Shown here in pieces: positions 39,823-49,450 of a DNA stretch of 64,000 nt (the first letter of the stretch is position 1; each line of letters starts with the position of its first letter). The position numbers and the translations under genes are program-made. The notes below the pieces were generated by a model. The model ran no database searches. It was not told where the DNA came from and was given only the letters and a program-made list of their open reading frames with translations. The stretch comes from an uncultured Bacteriovoracaceae bacterium (lineage in GTDB: Bacteria; Bdellovibrionota; Bacteriovoracia; Bacteriovoracales; Bacteriovoracaceae): NCBI GenBank assembly GCA_964012805.1, contig CAXGUD010000001.1:208731-272730 (forward strand), in the 5' to 3' direction.

Positions 39823-39989
39823 TTTGATGCTCCTCTAAGAGTAAATCAACCTCTCTATCGGGCCATTTTGGCCAATCCTGAGCCTTCTTTTGAAAGTTTT
39901 TAAAATATTTACCAATGGTGCTAAATTTCCTTGCTAAAAAACAACCTCTATGGTCCTTTACACGCTCTATAAACAACCAAGGGAATAAA

Positions 39990-40253
39990 ATGGATCAAGA
40001 TACAAAAGCACAAGAGCAATATGACCACCTTTCAGATGAGGTAACGGACTTTATCTTAAAAAAAATGGAAGAAGTTCAAACCAGCAATCGTTTTAAAAAT
40101 ATCGATGAAACTGACTTTATGCACAGCCTAATCAGCACAATTGGAATGACACTTTCGTATCATATGGAAGAAGAAGAGATTGCTGATTTTGTTTCTTCTG
40201 TGGCGCTAGAGGGTGCTAGAGAACAGAAAGCCTTCGACTCAGAAGAGTCTTAA
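39990..40253 (+). CDS. small acidic hypothetical protein
   Basis: AAGGGA before ATG 39990. Confidence 0.55.
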   Translation: MDQDTKAQEQYDHLSDEVTDFILKKMEEVQTSNRFKNIDETDFMHSLISTIGMTLSYHMEEEEIADFVSSVALEGAREQKAFDSEES

Positions 40254-40270
40254 TCACTTAATATATAAGC

Positions 40271-41014
40271 TCAGGAGGTGCAGGACCTTAATGGAACAAG
40301 AGTTAAAATATGGTCTTCAATAGACGTACAAAAATAACCTTCAAAAAGGTCTCCCTCCTTAAACACCCCGCCAAGCCCCCTTTTTAACCTAAGAGTAAAG
40401 CTTCTTGTATCGAGGTTTAATTTCACCATCTCAGCATCATAGAAGTAGAAAAAAGTTTTTGCTAAAGGGTACAAGCATTTAAAAAGGGATTCTTTTGCTG
40501 AAAAAACAAGTCCAATAAGATCAGTTTCTTCAAAGCCTTTTGGCAATTCTTTATAGAGTAGGTTATCTGCCCCCGTAAATACCTTATTCTTTATTTTATT
40601 TAAAGAATTTGATCTATTAAGGCATTCTAAATCCAATCCCAAACTAAGAAAATCTTCAACTTTACCGGTACAAGCCATGACCCCTATAGGGCTATGAGTG
40701 ATAGACCCAACAGCTCCTTTTGGCCAAGAAGGCGACCTATCATCATTCATACCAATTCCTGTTTCTTTAAAAATTGGCCGCCTTTCTTCTGGACCGTTCA
40801 TTTTATCTAAGGCCTCTTTTGCACATATTCGGCCTATAACAAACTCGATCTTCCTTTGCTCAGAAAAGTTAGAAAAGCGCTTAGGTTGGAATTTCAAAGG
40901 AACAGACTTCAAATAGCTTGATACCAGATGCCCACTTTTTCCAAAATCGCTTTTTAATTCAAAAGAAGAGAAGGCCAAAGATTTTAAATCAAATAAGTCA
41001 GAGAATAATTCCAT
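40271..41014 (-). CDS. 4'-phosphopantetheinyl transferase (EntD/Sfp type)
   Basis: 'EFVIGRICA', 'WP...GSITHS', 'GLDLE', 'FSAKESLFK'. Confidence 0.9.
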   Translation of the reverse strand: MELFSDLFDLKSLAFSSFELKSDFGKSGHLVSSYLKSVPLKFQPKRFSNFSEQRKIEFVIGRICAKEALDKMNGPEERRPIFKETGIGMNDDRSPSWPKGAVGSITHSPIGVMACTGKVEDFLSLGLDLECLNRSNSLNKIKNKVFTGADNLLYKELPKGFEETDLIGLVFSAKESLFKCLYPLAKTFFYFYDAEMVKLNLDTRSFTLRLKRGLGGVFKEGDLFEGYFCTSIEDHILTLVPLRSCTS

Positions 41015-41216
41015 TTCCTGACAATATTCTAAACGTCAAAAACCGTCTAGCCTTTCATATATAGGAAAGTAATTTTCCCTTTAAGCTATATCGTTTCAAA
41101 CGCCCCAAATGCCTCACAGAACAATATTTGCAAAAAGAACGAAGGTCATAAAATAAAATTTATTGATACCCAAAATAAGAATTTATTTATGATTATTAAA
41201 ATCCGATGAAGTTCTC

Positions 41217-42098
41217 ATGAGAAAATGTATTGATGTTCAAAACCTTTCTTTTAGTTATCTTTCACAAAAAATTCTACACGATTGCTCTTTGACCTTAGAT
41301 AAAGGGAGGTTTTGTGCTTTTATTGGTGAAAATGGTGCTGGAAAATCGACCTTCTTAAAAAATATCGCAGGACTTGAAATCCCGGATCAAGGAAATATTC
41401 AATTTCTAGAAGAAAAACTATCAAACGACTCAATCACTCAAAAGTCAAAGCTGATTTTTATAACTGAAAATCTATCATTCTCTTCACCTCTCACTATAAA
41501 AAAGTTTATTAAGAGTTTTAAAAAGCTCTACCCATCTTGGAATCAGGAAATGTTTGATTCCATCATAAAACAAAGAAGTATTGATCTTGAAAAACGCTTT
41601 AACGATTACTCTAGAGGCCAAAAAATGCAAATACTTTTGGCAAGTTATCTTTCAACAGGACCTAAACTTATTTTAATCGATGAAGTAACAAGCGTCCTTG
41701 ATATTCACGCACAAAAAGACTTTATGAAGATTTTTAACAATCTCGTAAAGGAAGGAAGTACAGTTATTTTAGCAACAAATATTCTATCAGAAGTCGCTCC
41801 CTATGCAACCGACCTCTGCTTTATAGATAGCGGTCAGATTAAGTTCAATGTTCCAGTCAGCGAACTTAAAACAAAATACGTTACTTTAAAAGCTGACCGA
41901 AAAATTGATCTCGACAAAGCAAAGGGAATTGAGCTTATTGAGGAGCGAGAAGACAAATTTTATTATATTGCACTTAAAAAAGACCTTTCTTCTTCCCTCC
42001 AAAATGCTTCCTCTATTGAAACTTATCCTCCATCATTTGAAGATTTGTTCCTTTTCTTTTCAAAAAAAGAAACAAAATCTGGAGGGCTCCATGCTTGA
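41217..42098 (+). CDS. ABC-2 type ATP-binding protein
   Basis: 'GENGAGKST', degenerate signature 'YSRGQ', 'ILIDE'; H-loop appears as 'ATN'. Confidence 0.85.
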   Translation: MRKCIDVQNLSFSYLSQKILHDCSLTLDKGRFCAFIGENGAGKSTFLKNIAGLEIPDQGNIQFLEEKLSNDSITQKSKLIFITENLSFSSPLTIKKFIKSFKKLYPSWNQEMFDSIIKQRSIDLEKRFNDYSRGQKMQILLASYLSTGPKLILIDEVTSVLDIHAQKDFMKIFNNLVKEGSTVILATNILSEVAPYATDLCFIDSGQIKFNVPVSELKTKYVTLKADRKIDLDKAKGIELIEEREDKFYYIALKKDLSSSLQNASSIETYPPSFEDLFLFFSKKETKSGGLHA

Positions 42099-43428
42099 AC
42101 TCCTAAAAATTTATTCTAGAAAATACTTCAAAGATGCTCTTTACGTTAACATCTGTGCTTGGTTTCTCGTATTTTTAACGGCTTACGTAAATCCCAAGAT
42201 TGACAAGAATGAAGTCTCCCTCACTTATTTTTTTTCACTCAATATAATTTTGTTTCTTTTTAGCTACCCTCTTGAGGAGTGCCTTAAGTGGGTTCTCGTT
42301 AGCCCTTTTAAAAAATTAGAAATTTTCTTTTTTAACATCATTTTTCAATTTTTTAAGTTAAGTTTAGGTGGGATCTATTTCTCTTTAAACCTCTTCTTTT
42401 TTGGATTACCCCTATCTGTTGAAAAAAAGAAGGCGACTTTTCAAGAGGATTACTTTTTTAATCAAGCTGTGGATCAAATAATGGACAGCCGGTTCTTTTT
42501 TGGGATTGTCCTTTTTATAATCTTTGTTATTGTTACCTTATTTTCACCTTCACCAAAACTGATTCTGGCCCAGCCTGGTTTTTTAAAATTAAAGTGGAAG
42601 GACTTTATTTTTTACTTAAAAAAGTACCGCTATTTCGTCTTTATTTTTATTTTTGCTTTGCCTGGAATAAAAATGTTAAAAAATTATTGGAATTCTCCAA
42701 TAATTATTTACACACTTGGCTTTACATATTTAACTTTTAATTTCTTTCACTCATATTTTAAAAAGCTTAAATTTTCGTTTATTAAAAAAAAGAAATATTA
42801 CTTTTCTATCATTTTTATTTTTATTGTCCTATTCACATCTTTAAAAATATACTCCAATAATAGAATAGAAAAAGGCTTTATAAATGGTGAGAATTTAGCT
42901 TCTGAAGTTTTATTTCAAAGAAGTTTTTATAGAGGTGACTCTCTTTCACTTCTAAATGAAACACTAGAAGGTGACATCAAATTTAGTACATTTAAAAAGT
43001 TTAAAAATTATCTTATAGAAACTTCTCAAACAACCTCTTTCAAAGTAGAAGAAAAAATAAAAAAAATTTCACTATTAGATTTTTTAAATAAAAAAGAAGA
43101 CCCTCTTTGGGCACTTTACCTGGCAAAAAAATATCAGAAAAATAAAAGCGACAATCAATATTATGAAACACTTAAGGAGTATTTCTTTAAAAATGTTTCA
43201 GCCCACCCCCTTCAATTAAGGTTAACAAAAAAGTTCGCAAAACTTACTTTAAACAAAGTAAACTCAACTAAAGAACTTGAAGAGCATTTAAAGTCTGGAA
43301 ATAAAATAGAGGTCATCTATACTTTTCATATTTTGCGTTTAAAGAAAGATAAAAGTTTTAAAATATTCCTTAAGAAAAATATGCATTATTTTGAAAACTT
43401 TATCCGAGTTAAAAGCTCTATCCTCTAA
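42091..43428 (+). CDS. multi-pass membrane protein, probable permease partner of the ABC ATPase
   Basis: GGAGG before ATG 42091, overlapping the ATPase stop; about 7 TMs followed by a soluble C-terminus. Confidence 0.6.
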   Translation: MLELLKIYSRKYFKDALYVNICAWFLVFLTAYVNPKIDKNEVSLTYFFSLNIILFLFSYPLEECLKWVLVSPFKKLEIFFFNIIFQFFKLSLGGIYFSLNLFFFGLPLSVEKKKATFQEDYFFNQAVDQIMDSRFFFGIVLFIIFVIVTLFSPSPKLILAQPGFLKLKWKDFIFYLKKYRYFVFIFIFALPGIKMLKNYWNSPIIIYTLGFTYLTFNFFHSYFKKLKFSFIKKKKYYFSIIFIFIVLFTSLKIYSNNRIEKGFINGENLASEVLFQRSFYRGDSLSLLNETLEGDIKFSTFKKFKNYLIETSQTTSFKVEEKIKKISLLDFLNKKEDPLWALYLAKKYQKNKSDNQYYETLKEYFFKNVSAHPLQLRLTKKFAKLTLNKVNSTKELEEHLKSGNKIEVIYTFHILRLKKDKSFKIFLKKNMHYFENFIRVKSSIL

Positions 43429-43507
43429 AATTATTAGCCATAATAGATTAAATATTTATAATGGGATGTGGATAATTATATTAATCATCAAAACTCAGGC
43501 GTGACCC

Positions 43508-43759
43508 ATGACCCTTCTTGACCGAAAAGAACTTGTCTATAGACATATAAAGGAAACCGGACAGGATATTGATAAGGAAGATATTGTGGAAACATCACCT
43601 TTATCTTGGTTTTATAATGGCAAGACGTACATTCTTGTCCCCATGGTTCCCAAAGCTGAAGAAGAAAAGATGGACCCCAGAGACTGCCTAATTTCTGAAG
43701 TTGCTGGAAAGGCTCAGGTTAAAAAAGGGAAATCCGGAATTATCATACAGCGTTTATAG
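43508..43759 (+). CDS. hypothetical protein
   Basis: 83-aa ORF filling an intergenic gap. Confidence 0.55.
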   Translation: MTLLDRKELVYRHIKETGQDIDKEDIVETSPLSWFYNGKTYILVPMVPKAEEEKMDPRDCLISEVAGKAQVKKGKSGIIIQRL

Positions 43760-43781
43760 TTTAGAGAAAAAAAGCCCCTAA

Positions 43782-44105
43782 CTAAGACTGACACACTGAA
43801 CAAAATGGTGACTCTGGCTTGGCCATGAGTCTTTTCTCAGAAATTTCCTCTTCGCACTTTAAACAAACCCCGTAGCTATCATCTTTAAATCTTCCTAAAG
43901 CTGCGTCGATTTGTTTTAAGGTTAATAGAGCACGGTTCTTAGACTCCAAAGACATCTGTTGTTGTTGAATAGCATCCATCCTGGATAGCCTTCCTATAGG
44001 ATCGTTTAAATCGACTGGCTTTGAAGACTCTTTGAGACGCTCAAGAAAAGCCTCTGTCTCGCGTCTTTTTTTTATCAATAAACCTTCGTACTTTTTAATG
44101 TCCAA
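43782..44105 (-). CDS. TraR/DksA C4 zinc-finger protein
   Basis: 'IGRLSRMDAIQQQ', 'YGVCLKCEEEISEKRL..KP...CSVC'. Confidence 0.9.
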   Translation of the reverse strand: MDIKKYEGLLIKKRRETEAFLERLKESSKPVDLNDPIGRLSRMDAIQQQQMSLESKNRALLTLKQIDAALGRFKDDSYGVCLKCEEEISEKRLMAKPESPFCSVCQS

Positions 44106-44967
44106 AAGGTACTCCCCGACTTTCTGACAACATTTTATTTTTCAAATAAAAACGGTCAACAATCCATTTTTGAATATCCTTTTCTTCTTCACCCAATCTG
44201 TCCAAAGGAAACCTTTCAACATGAAGCTTCACTCGCTTCACTTTTCCCCTAAAAAGGTCCAAGAAAGAAGGTGCGGCACCCTCGTAAAAAATCGTGACAT
44301 CATAAACAGCTTGGCAATGGCCTTTTAAACCTTGAACTGATGCTGAGAAACCCTTGACTCGAGGTAGGAGGACATGTTGGAGAGGCGGAAGCTTTTTCTT
44401 TTCCGTTATTTTTTTGGTTTTCTTTAATTTATCCTCTCGGAACCTTGTTCCCTCCGGGAACAACATCAACCATATTGGAATATCATGATCGAAGAACTTT
44501 TTAAAAGTGGCCTCAATTTTTTTTTGATCTTTTTGCCAATTTCGCTTGACGAACAGACAATCTAAAAAGGACATCCCCCACCCTATGGCAGGAAGATACT
44601 TAAGGCCATCTTTTACAAACCACTTCATATTTCCTATCCTCTTTGCCTCTTTCGCCAACTTAAACAAAATTGGAATATCACCCCAGCCTTGATGATTAGA
44701 AATTAAAATAACATTTTCCTCTTTAGGCAGGTCATCACCTGTCTGAATTATTTCAACCCCTCCAGCATTTCTCACAAACCACTCGCATCCCCCCCACCAG
44801 AAACCGGCCAAAGCGGTGTTGAGCTGTCTGAACAATTTTTGTGAAAAAGGGTAAAGAAATAAAAAGGCTAAAACCTGAAGACCATTAATTAGAAGAAGAG
44901 GGGTAAAAATAGCAAAAAATATGATAATGGCCTTAAAAAAACTCATAATATCCTTTATCCAATTCAT
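44095..44967 (-). CDS. 1-acylglycerol-3-phosphate acyltransferase family (PlsC/YihG-like)
   Basis: 'NHQGWGD' (HxxxxD), 'FPEGTR', 'VLLPRVKG', 'YDVTI'. Confidence 0.9.
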   Translation of the reverse strand: MNWIKDIMSFFKAIIIFFAIFTPLLLINGLQVLAFLFLYPFSQKLFRQLNTALAGFWWGGCEWFVRNAGGVEIIQTGDDLPKEENVILISNHQGWGDIPILFKLAKEAKRIGNMKWFVKDGLKYLPAIGWGMSFLDCLFVKRNWQKDQKKIEATFKKFFDHDIPIWLMLFPEGTRFREDKLKKTKKITEKKKLPPLQHVLLPRVKGFSASVQGLKGHCQAVYDVTIFYEGAAPSFLDLFRGKVKRVKLHVERFPLDRLGEEEKDIQKWIVDRFYLKNKMLSESRGVPFGH

Positions 44968-45057
44968 TCTCTTCCTCCTTACAAAAATCCCAAGCCATTA
45001 ATTTAATTTTTTTTAAATTTATATAAAAACAAAAAATTTTAAACCTTTATATATGAC

Positions 45058-46908
45058 TTATTGAAGACTTACCGACTCTGAAAGAAAGTCGACAAATAGT
45101 TTGCCATAACGCCTTAATTTAAAATTCCCTACCCCATGAAGGTTTCTCAGATCCTTCATAGTTTGAGGTCTCTTATCTGCCATTTCCATTAATGTTCTAT
45201 CAATGAAAATGTGGTAGGGAGCGACCCCTCTTTCCCTAGAAAGTTTTAGGCGGAAGGCCCTTAGATCATCAAAGAGCTTTTTCTGAAAATCATCTTTAAA
45301 ATCGACCTTTTTCTTATGGGGATCACCATCTATGAATTCTGACCTCTTCTGATCATTTTTGGAATGGCACTTATTTTTTAAAAATACTTTTTGACCTTCT
45401 TTAAGAATTTGAGCACTTTTAGGTGAAAGTGAAAGTGCACCAAAACCTTCACTATCAACCCTTAAATAATTTTCAGCTATCAATTTTCGGAAAAGGGTCT
45501 TCCAGAGAAAAGGACTATTCATTTTTCCTATTCCAAAAACTGATAAGTTCTCATGATTGAACTGCCTTATTTTTTCGTTATTCTCACCTCTTAGCAGAGA
45601 AACAAGGTGATGCACACCAAAAGACTCTCCTGTACGAAAAACAGCACTCAGGGCCATCTTTGACCAGAGGGTCGCATCCACTGACTCTTGAGTTGTCCAG
45701 CAATTATCACAATTTTTACAAGGTCCTTTATAAGGCTCATCAAAGTACTCTAAAAGACTTTGTCTTCTGCACTGGATACTCTCACAGTAAGAAATAAGCT
45801 GATCACACTTTTTTTTCTCAACCAATTTTCTCTCATTATCAGCTTCAGAGTTCTCCATTAACTTCTTAAGGTAAACGACACTATCCAGGCCATAAGTCAT
45901 CCAGGCCTTCGATGGAAGACCATCCCTGCCCGCCCTACCTGTCTCCTGGTAGTAAGCCTCTAAGCTTTTTGGTAAATCCATATGAGCGACGAACCGGACG
46001 TTTGGTTTATCAATTCCCATTCCAAAAGCAACTGTGGCCACCATTATAATTTCTTCTTCTTTTATAAATGTATTTTGGTTTCTTTCTCTTAACTTTTCAT
46101 CTAATCCAGCGTGGTAGGGAAGTGCCTTTAGACCTTTCTCTGTTAACCATAAGGCCAAGTCTTCCACTTTTTTCCGGGACATACAATAGACAATCCCCGA
46201 CTCCCCCTTATTTTCTTTTAAAAAGGCAAGGAGCTGCTCCTTAGGCCTCTTTTTTTCAATGATTTCGTAACTGATATTAGGCCTGTCAAAGCTAGATAAA
46301 AATAGATTCTCTTCAGGTATTTTTAATTTCTCTAAGATTTCCACCCGCGTTTGTTTATCGGCAGTTGCCGTCAGAGCAATCAAAGGGACCTGAGGAAAAT
46401 ACTTCTTAAGAAACCCTAATTGAAGATAGGAAGGTCTAAAGTCATGGCCCCATTCTGAAATACAGTGAGCCTCATCAATTGCAAATAAAGCAATATTAAG
46501 AGTTTTTAAAAAGGAGAAAAAGGGTTTATTTGCCAGTTTTTCAGGAGCCAAATAAAGGAGGTCCAAACGACCTTCCCTCAAAAGCTTCTGAACCTCTAGA
46601 ACTTCATTAAAAGATAACGAGGAATTGAGTGCCCTTGCTCGGACCCCCATTTCATTGAGGTTATCTACCTGGTCTTTCATAAGGGCTATGAGAGGGGAAA
46701 TAATGACTCCAACCCCATCCCTCATAAGAGCAGGAATTTGATAACAGAGGCTTTTTCCAGCACTTGTAGGCATTAAAACGAGGCAATCTTTACCACTGCA
46801 CAAATGAAGAACAATTTTCTCCTGCTGACCACGAAAGGTCTTATGCCCAAAGATGGAATTAAGTAAATGAAGATGGTTAACTTGGCTCATAAGATGGAAA
46901 AATACCAC
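45058..46908 (-). CDS. recQ: ATP-dependent DNA helicase RecQ
   Basis: '[11 protein letters not shown]', '[15 protein letters not shown]', '[10 protein letters not shown]', '[10 protein letters not shown]', RQC Zn site, HRDC; start GTG 46908 or ATG 46890. Confidence 0.96.
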   Translation of the reverse strand: MVFFHLMSQVNHLHLLNSIFGHKTFRGQQEKIVLHLCSGKDCLVLMPTSAGKSLCYQIPALMRDGVGVIISPLIALMKDQVDNLNEMGVRARALNSSLSFNEVLEVQKLLREGRLDLLYLAPEKLANKPFFSFLKTLNIALFAIDEAHCISEWGHDFRPSYLQLGFLKKYFPQVPLIALTATADKQTRVEILEKLKIPEENLFLSSFDRPNISYEIIEKKRPKEQLLAFLKENKGESGIVYCMSRKKVEDLALWLTEKGLKALPYHAGLDEKLRERNQNTFIKEEEIIMVATVAFGMGIDKPNVRFVAHMDLPKSLEAYYQETGRAGRDGLPSKAWMTYGLDSVVYLKKLMENSEADNERKLVEKKKCDQLISYCESIQCRRQSLLEYFDEPYKGPCKNCDNCWTTQESVDATLWSKMALSAVFRTGESFGVHHLVSLLRGENNEKIRQFNHENLSVFGIGKMNSPFLWKTLFRKLIAENYLRVDSEGFGALSLSPKSAQILKEGQKVFLKNKCHSKNDQKRSEFIDGDPHKKKVDFKDDFQKKLFDDLRAFRLKLSRERGVAPYHIFIDRTLMEMADKRPQTMKDLRNLHGVGNFKLRRYGKLFVDFLSESVSLQ

Positions 46909-46933
46909 CTCACCTCTTCATTGGCCAAAAAAC

Positions 46934-47044
46934 CTATTTTGAAAAAAGAAGGGTCAAGTCATTAGACCAAGATCCCAAATCACCAAAGGCGAGGTTGAAA
47001 AATATAGTCAAAGCAATCAATAAAATAAGGTTCTTCAAAATCAT
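46934..47044 (-). CDS. candidate 36-aa single-TM/secreted small protein
   Basis: MILKNLILLIALTIFFNLAFGDLGSWSNDLTLLFSK; AGG upstream; below the ORF-track cutoff. Confidence 0.35.
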   Translation of the reverse strand: MILKNLILLIALTIFFNLAFGDLGSWSNDLTLLFSK

Positions 47045-47226
47045 TAACCTATAGATAAGTTTTTTAAGGAAAATGATTTAAACAATGAGAAGCACTCTTT
47101 CAAGGGAAAAAGGTAAAAATGCAACAACTTTCAACATAAAATTTAGCTGAAAAATAAGTTACTTCCGACACCATAAAAGAAAGTTGTTAAAGATTTCAAT
47201 GACTTAAGGGCTATTTGCCTTTATCA

Positions 47227-47433
47227 TCACTGATCAATGGAGATAGAAGGAGCTTTATTAAGAAAATCGCAATGGCTTGAGATAAATCTTTTTAGAGCAA
47301 TCACAGCTATGTCGTCTATGCTGTAGTCTGTATTTCTGGCCATTTCCTCAATTTTCTTAACAACATTAGATTCTATTTTAAGTTCAAGAGAAGAAAGCTC
47401 GCCCTGATTATGAATTTGACCTTTGATAAGCAC
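47227..47433 (-). CDS. small protein, possibly ribbon-helix-helix-like
   Basis: 'LELKIESNVVKKIEEMARNTDYSIDDIAVIALKRF' strand-helix-helix pattern. Confidence 0.55.
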   Translation of the reverse strand: MLIKGQIHNQGELSSLELKIESNVVKKIEEMARNTDYSIDDIAVIALKRFISSHCDFLNKAPSISIDQ

Positions 47434-47518
47434 CTCACTTTTTGACTTAAACCAAACTTTATGAATACAATAATTTTCATTTTTTGTCTAATGCTTGCTC
47501 AAATAATGGAGCTCAACT

Positions 47519-48058
47519 ATAAACACGACACAAAATTTAAGCGCCGAAACAATCATAGCAAAACTAAACTTAATACCTCATCCTGAAGGTGGTTGGTACC
47601 GAAGAACTTACCAGTCTGAAGAAGAAATAGGCCTGCCTTATATTGATCGAGGTCAAAACCAAAAGCGTTTTCTCAAAACAGCTATTTATTACCTTCTCTC
47701 AGGAAAAGAAAGGTCTCTTCTTCATAGAATAAAATCAGACGAAATGTGGCATTTTTACTTGGGAGACCCTCTAACAATTGTTGAAATAACTCCTAATGAC
47801 CCCTTAAAAGCTGACGAAGACCACAAGCTTTCTAAGACCATTCTCGGTCACAATCTATTAAATAACGAGACCCCACAATATACGGTCAAAAAGGGCTCTT
47901 GGTTTGGAGGATATTTAAATAATGATTCTGGTTTTTGCCTTGTAGGCTGCACCGTTTCGCCAGGCTTTGACTTTGAGGACTTTGAGATGGCTTCACCTTC
48001 AAAACAGTTCTCAGAGTTCAAAAATCACCCTGTTGTGCAAAGGCTACTCCCTTCCTGA
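47519..48058 (+). CDS. cupin DUF985 (Cupin_5) family protein
   Basis: In-frame upstream extension contains 'LNLIPHPEGGWYRRTY', 'TAIYYLL', 'HRIKSDEMWHFY'; C-terminal 'CTVSPGFDFEDF'. Proposed ATA start at 47519 (ORF track: 47744). Confidence 0.88.
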   Translation: MNTTQNLSAETIIAKLNLIPHPEGGWYRRTYQSEEEIGLPYIDRGQNQKRFLKTAIYYLLSGKERSLLHRIKSDEMWHFYLGDPLTIVEITPNDPLKADEDHKLSKTILGHNLLNNETPQYTVKKGSWFGGYLNNDSGFCLVGCTVSPGFDFEDFEMASPSKQFSEFKNHPVVQRLLPS

Positions 48059-48256
48059 GTAAAAACCTTGAAGTGTTGAAATGTTGAATGGTTTTTTTAC
48101 TTCTTTACTACCTCTGGTAACCCCTTTTACTTGAGTATTGAGGTTCCTCTGCTATGAAGTTGGCCTACTTCAAGAGTGATAAAAATGAAGGGTTTCTTTT
48201 AGAAAAAGCTTCCATTAAAGTTAAAGAGGCTTCTAAAGAAAAAGGGATGGAGCTAA

Positions 48257-48589
48257 ATGCCATACGTCTTCTTGTTTATCGCTATTATTTTTGAAGTTAT
48301 TGCGACCCTTAACTTAAAGGCCTCAAATCAATTTACAAAAATTATTCCAACTCTTATTATAGCAATTGGATATATAAGCTCTTTTTATTTCCTCTCCTTA
48401 TCTCTTAAAACCATACCAATAGGCATATCTTATGCGATTTGGTCTGGCCTAGGAACTGTGCTTGTCGCAATAGGGGCCCATTTTATTTACAAACAAAATC
48501 TAAGCCCCTTCGAAATTCTGGGAATAGCATTTGTCGTTATTGGTGTCATTCTCATGAACCTCTTTTCTAAAGGAAACACTCAACCTTAA
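48257..48589 (+). CDS. SMR-family multidrug efflux protein (EmrE/Qac type)
   Basis: 110 aa, 4 TMs, membrane Glu in 'IFEVIAT', 'PIGISYAIWSGLG'. Confidence 0.92.
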   Translation: MPYVFLFIAIIFEVIATLNLKASNQFTKIIPTLIIAIGYISSFYFLSLSLKTIPIGISYAIWSGLGTVLVAIGAHFIYKQNLSPFEILGIAFVVIGVILMNLFSKGNTQP

Positions 48590-48609
48590 ATAAATTTTGG
48601 AAATTAAAC

Positions 48610-49443
48610 ATGACTTTAAATTTTATTAAGCTTTTTAATCCAGCTAAAATTATGATTTCAATCTCTTTGTTTTTTCTATTAGGCTTGCCTCACCTTAGTA
48701 GTAAAACTATAAAAACTCAACCACTCCCAAAAACAATGAAAACAGTCTATTTATACCATATTGTTTTCGGTGGTTTTTTAAACCTTGGCCAAGCAACCCT
48801 AAGCTTTTTTAAAGAGCAAGAAAACTTCAAAGTCATTTTGAAAGTTACCCCTTCAGGAATTGCTGGTTTTTTAAGCGGCTACAAAGAAGAGTACTTTGAA
48901 GCAAATGGAAAGATAAAAAATAACCGAATTTTAACAAAATCTTTTGTAAGAAAAAGAAAAAAAGAAAATAAGACTCTAAAGTCACTCCATTTCTTCAATC
49001 ATACCCAAAAGAAAATCCAACTTACTGAATGGGAGGAATTAGGGAAAGAAGAAAAAAGGACCAAAGAACCAAAGTGGCTCGATTTTTACGTCCAAAAAGA
49101 TGTTGTCGCCTCGTTTTTTGATTTGAGCCTAAAGCTTTACCAGGGAACTTTAAAAGAAAACTCTTTCTCATTTGAAACCTTAACTTTAGGTGAAGACAAA
49201 AATAAAATGTCTATTTATAAGGAAAAGAAAGGAAAAGATAATCAGACATTTAAAATTGACCTCTACGAGTTTGATAAAAAAAATAAAAAGCATTACGGGA
49301 AAAAGACGTTTATTTTAAAAACGGGAAAAAGTGGGCAATTCAAATCTATAATCGTAGAAAATCTCTTTTGGTTGGGAGATCTTGTTGGTACGCTTGTAAA
49401 TGATGAAGAAACACTAAAAGTTACAGAACAACCGAAGGACTAA
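48610..49443 (+). CDS. DUF3108-like exported beta-rich protein
   Basis: Signal-like N-terminus, 'Y.I.FG.FLNLGQATL', 'D...F...'. Confidence 0.5.
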   Translation: MTLNFIKLFNPAKIMISISLFFLLGLPHLSSKTIKTQPLPKTMKTVYLYHIVFGGFLNLGQATLSFFKEQENFKVILKVTPSGIAGFLSGYKEEYFEANGKIKNNRILTKSFVRKRKKENKTLKSLHFFNHTQKKIQLTEWEELGKEEKRTKEPKWLDFYVQKDVVASFFDLSLKLYQGTLKENSFSFETLTLGEDKNKMSIYKEKKGKDNQTFKIDLYEFDKKNKKHYGKKTFILKTGKSGQFKSIIVENLFWLGDLVGTLVNDEETLKVTEQPKD

Positions 49444-49450
49444 AATAGAC

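Noticed and set aside
48059..48256. Guanidine riboswitch upstream of the SMR gene
   Set aside because: No paired ACGR-loop hairpins or ykkC-type motifs; the SMR looks EmrE/Qac-type rather than Gdx
48154..48294. 46-aa ORF (MKLAYFKSDK...) overlapping the SMR start
   Set aside because: Poorly spaced RBS, no motif, out-of-frame overlap; no positive support
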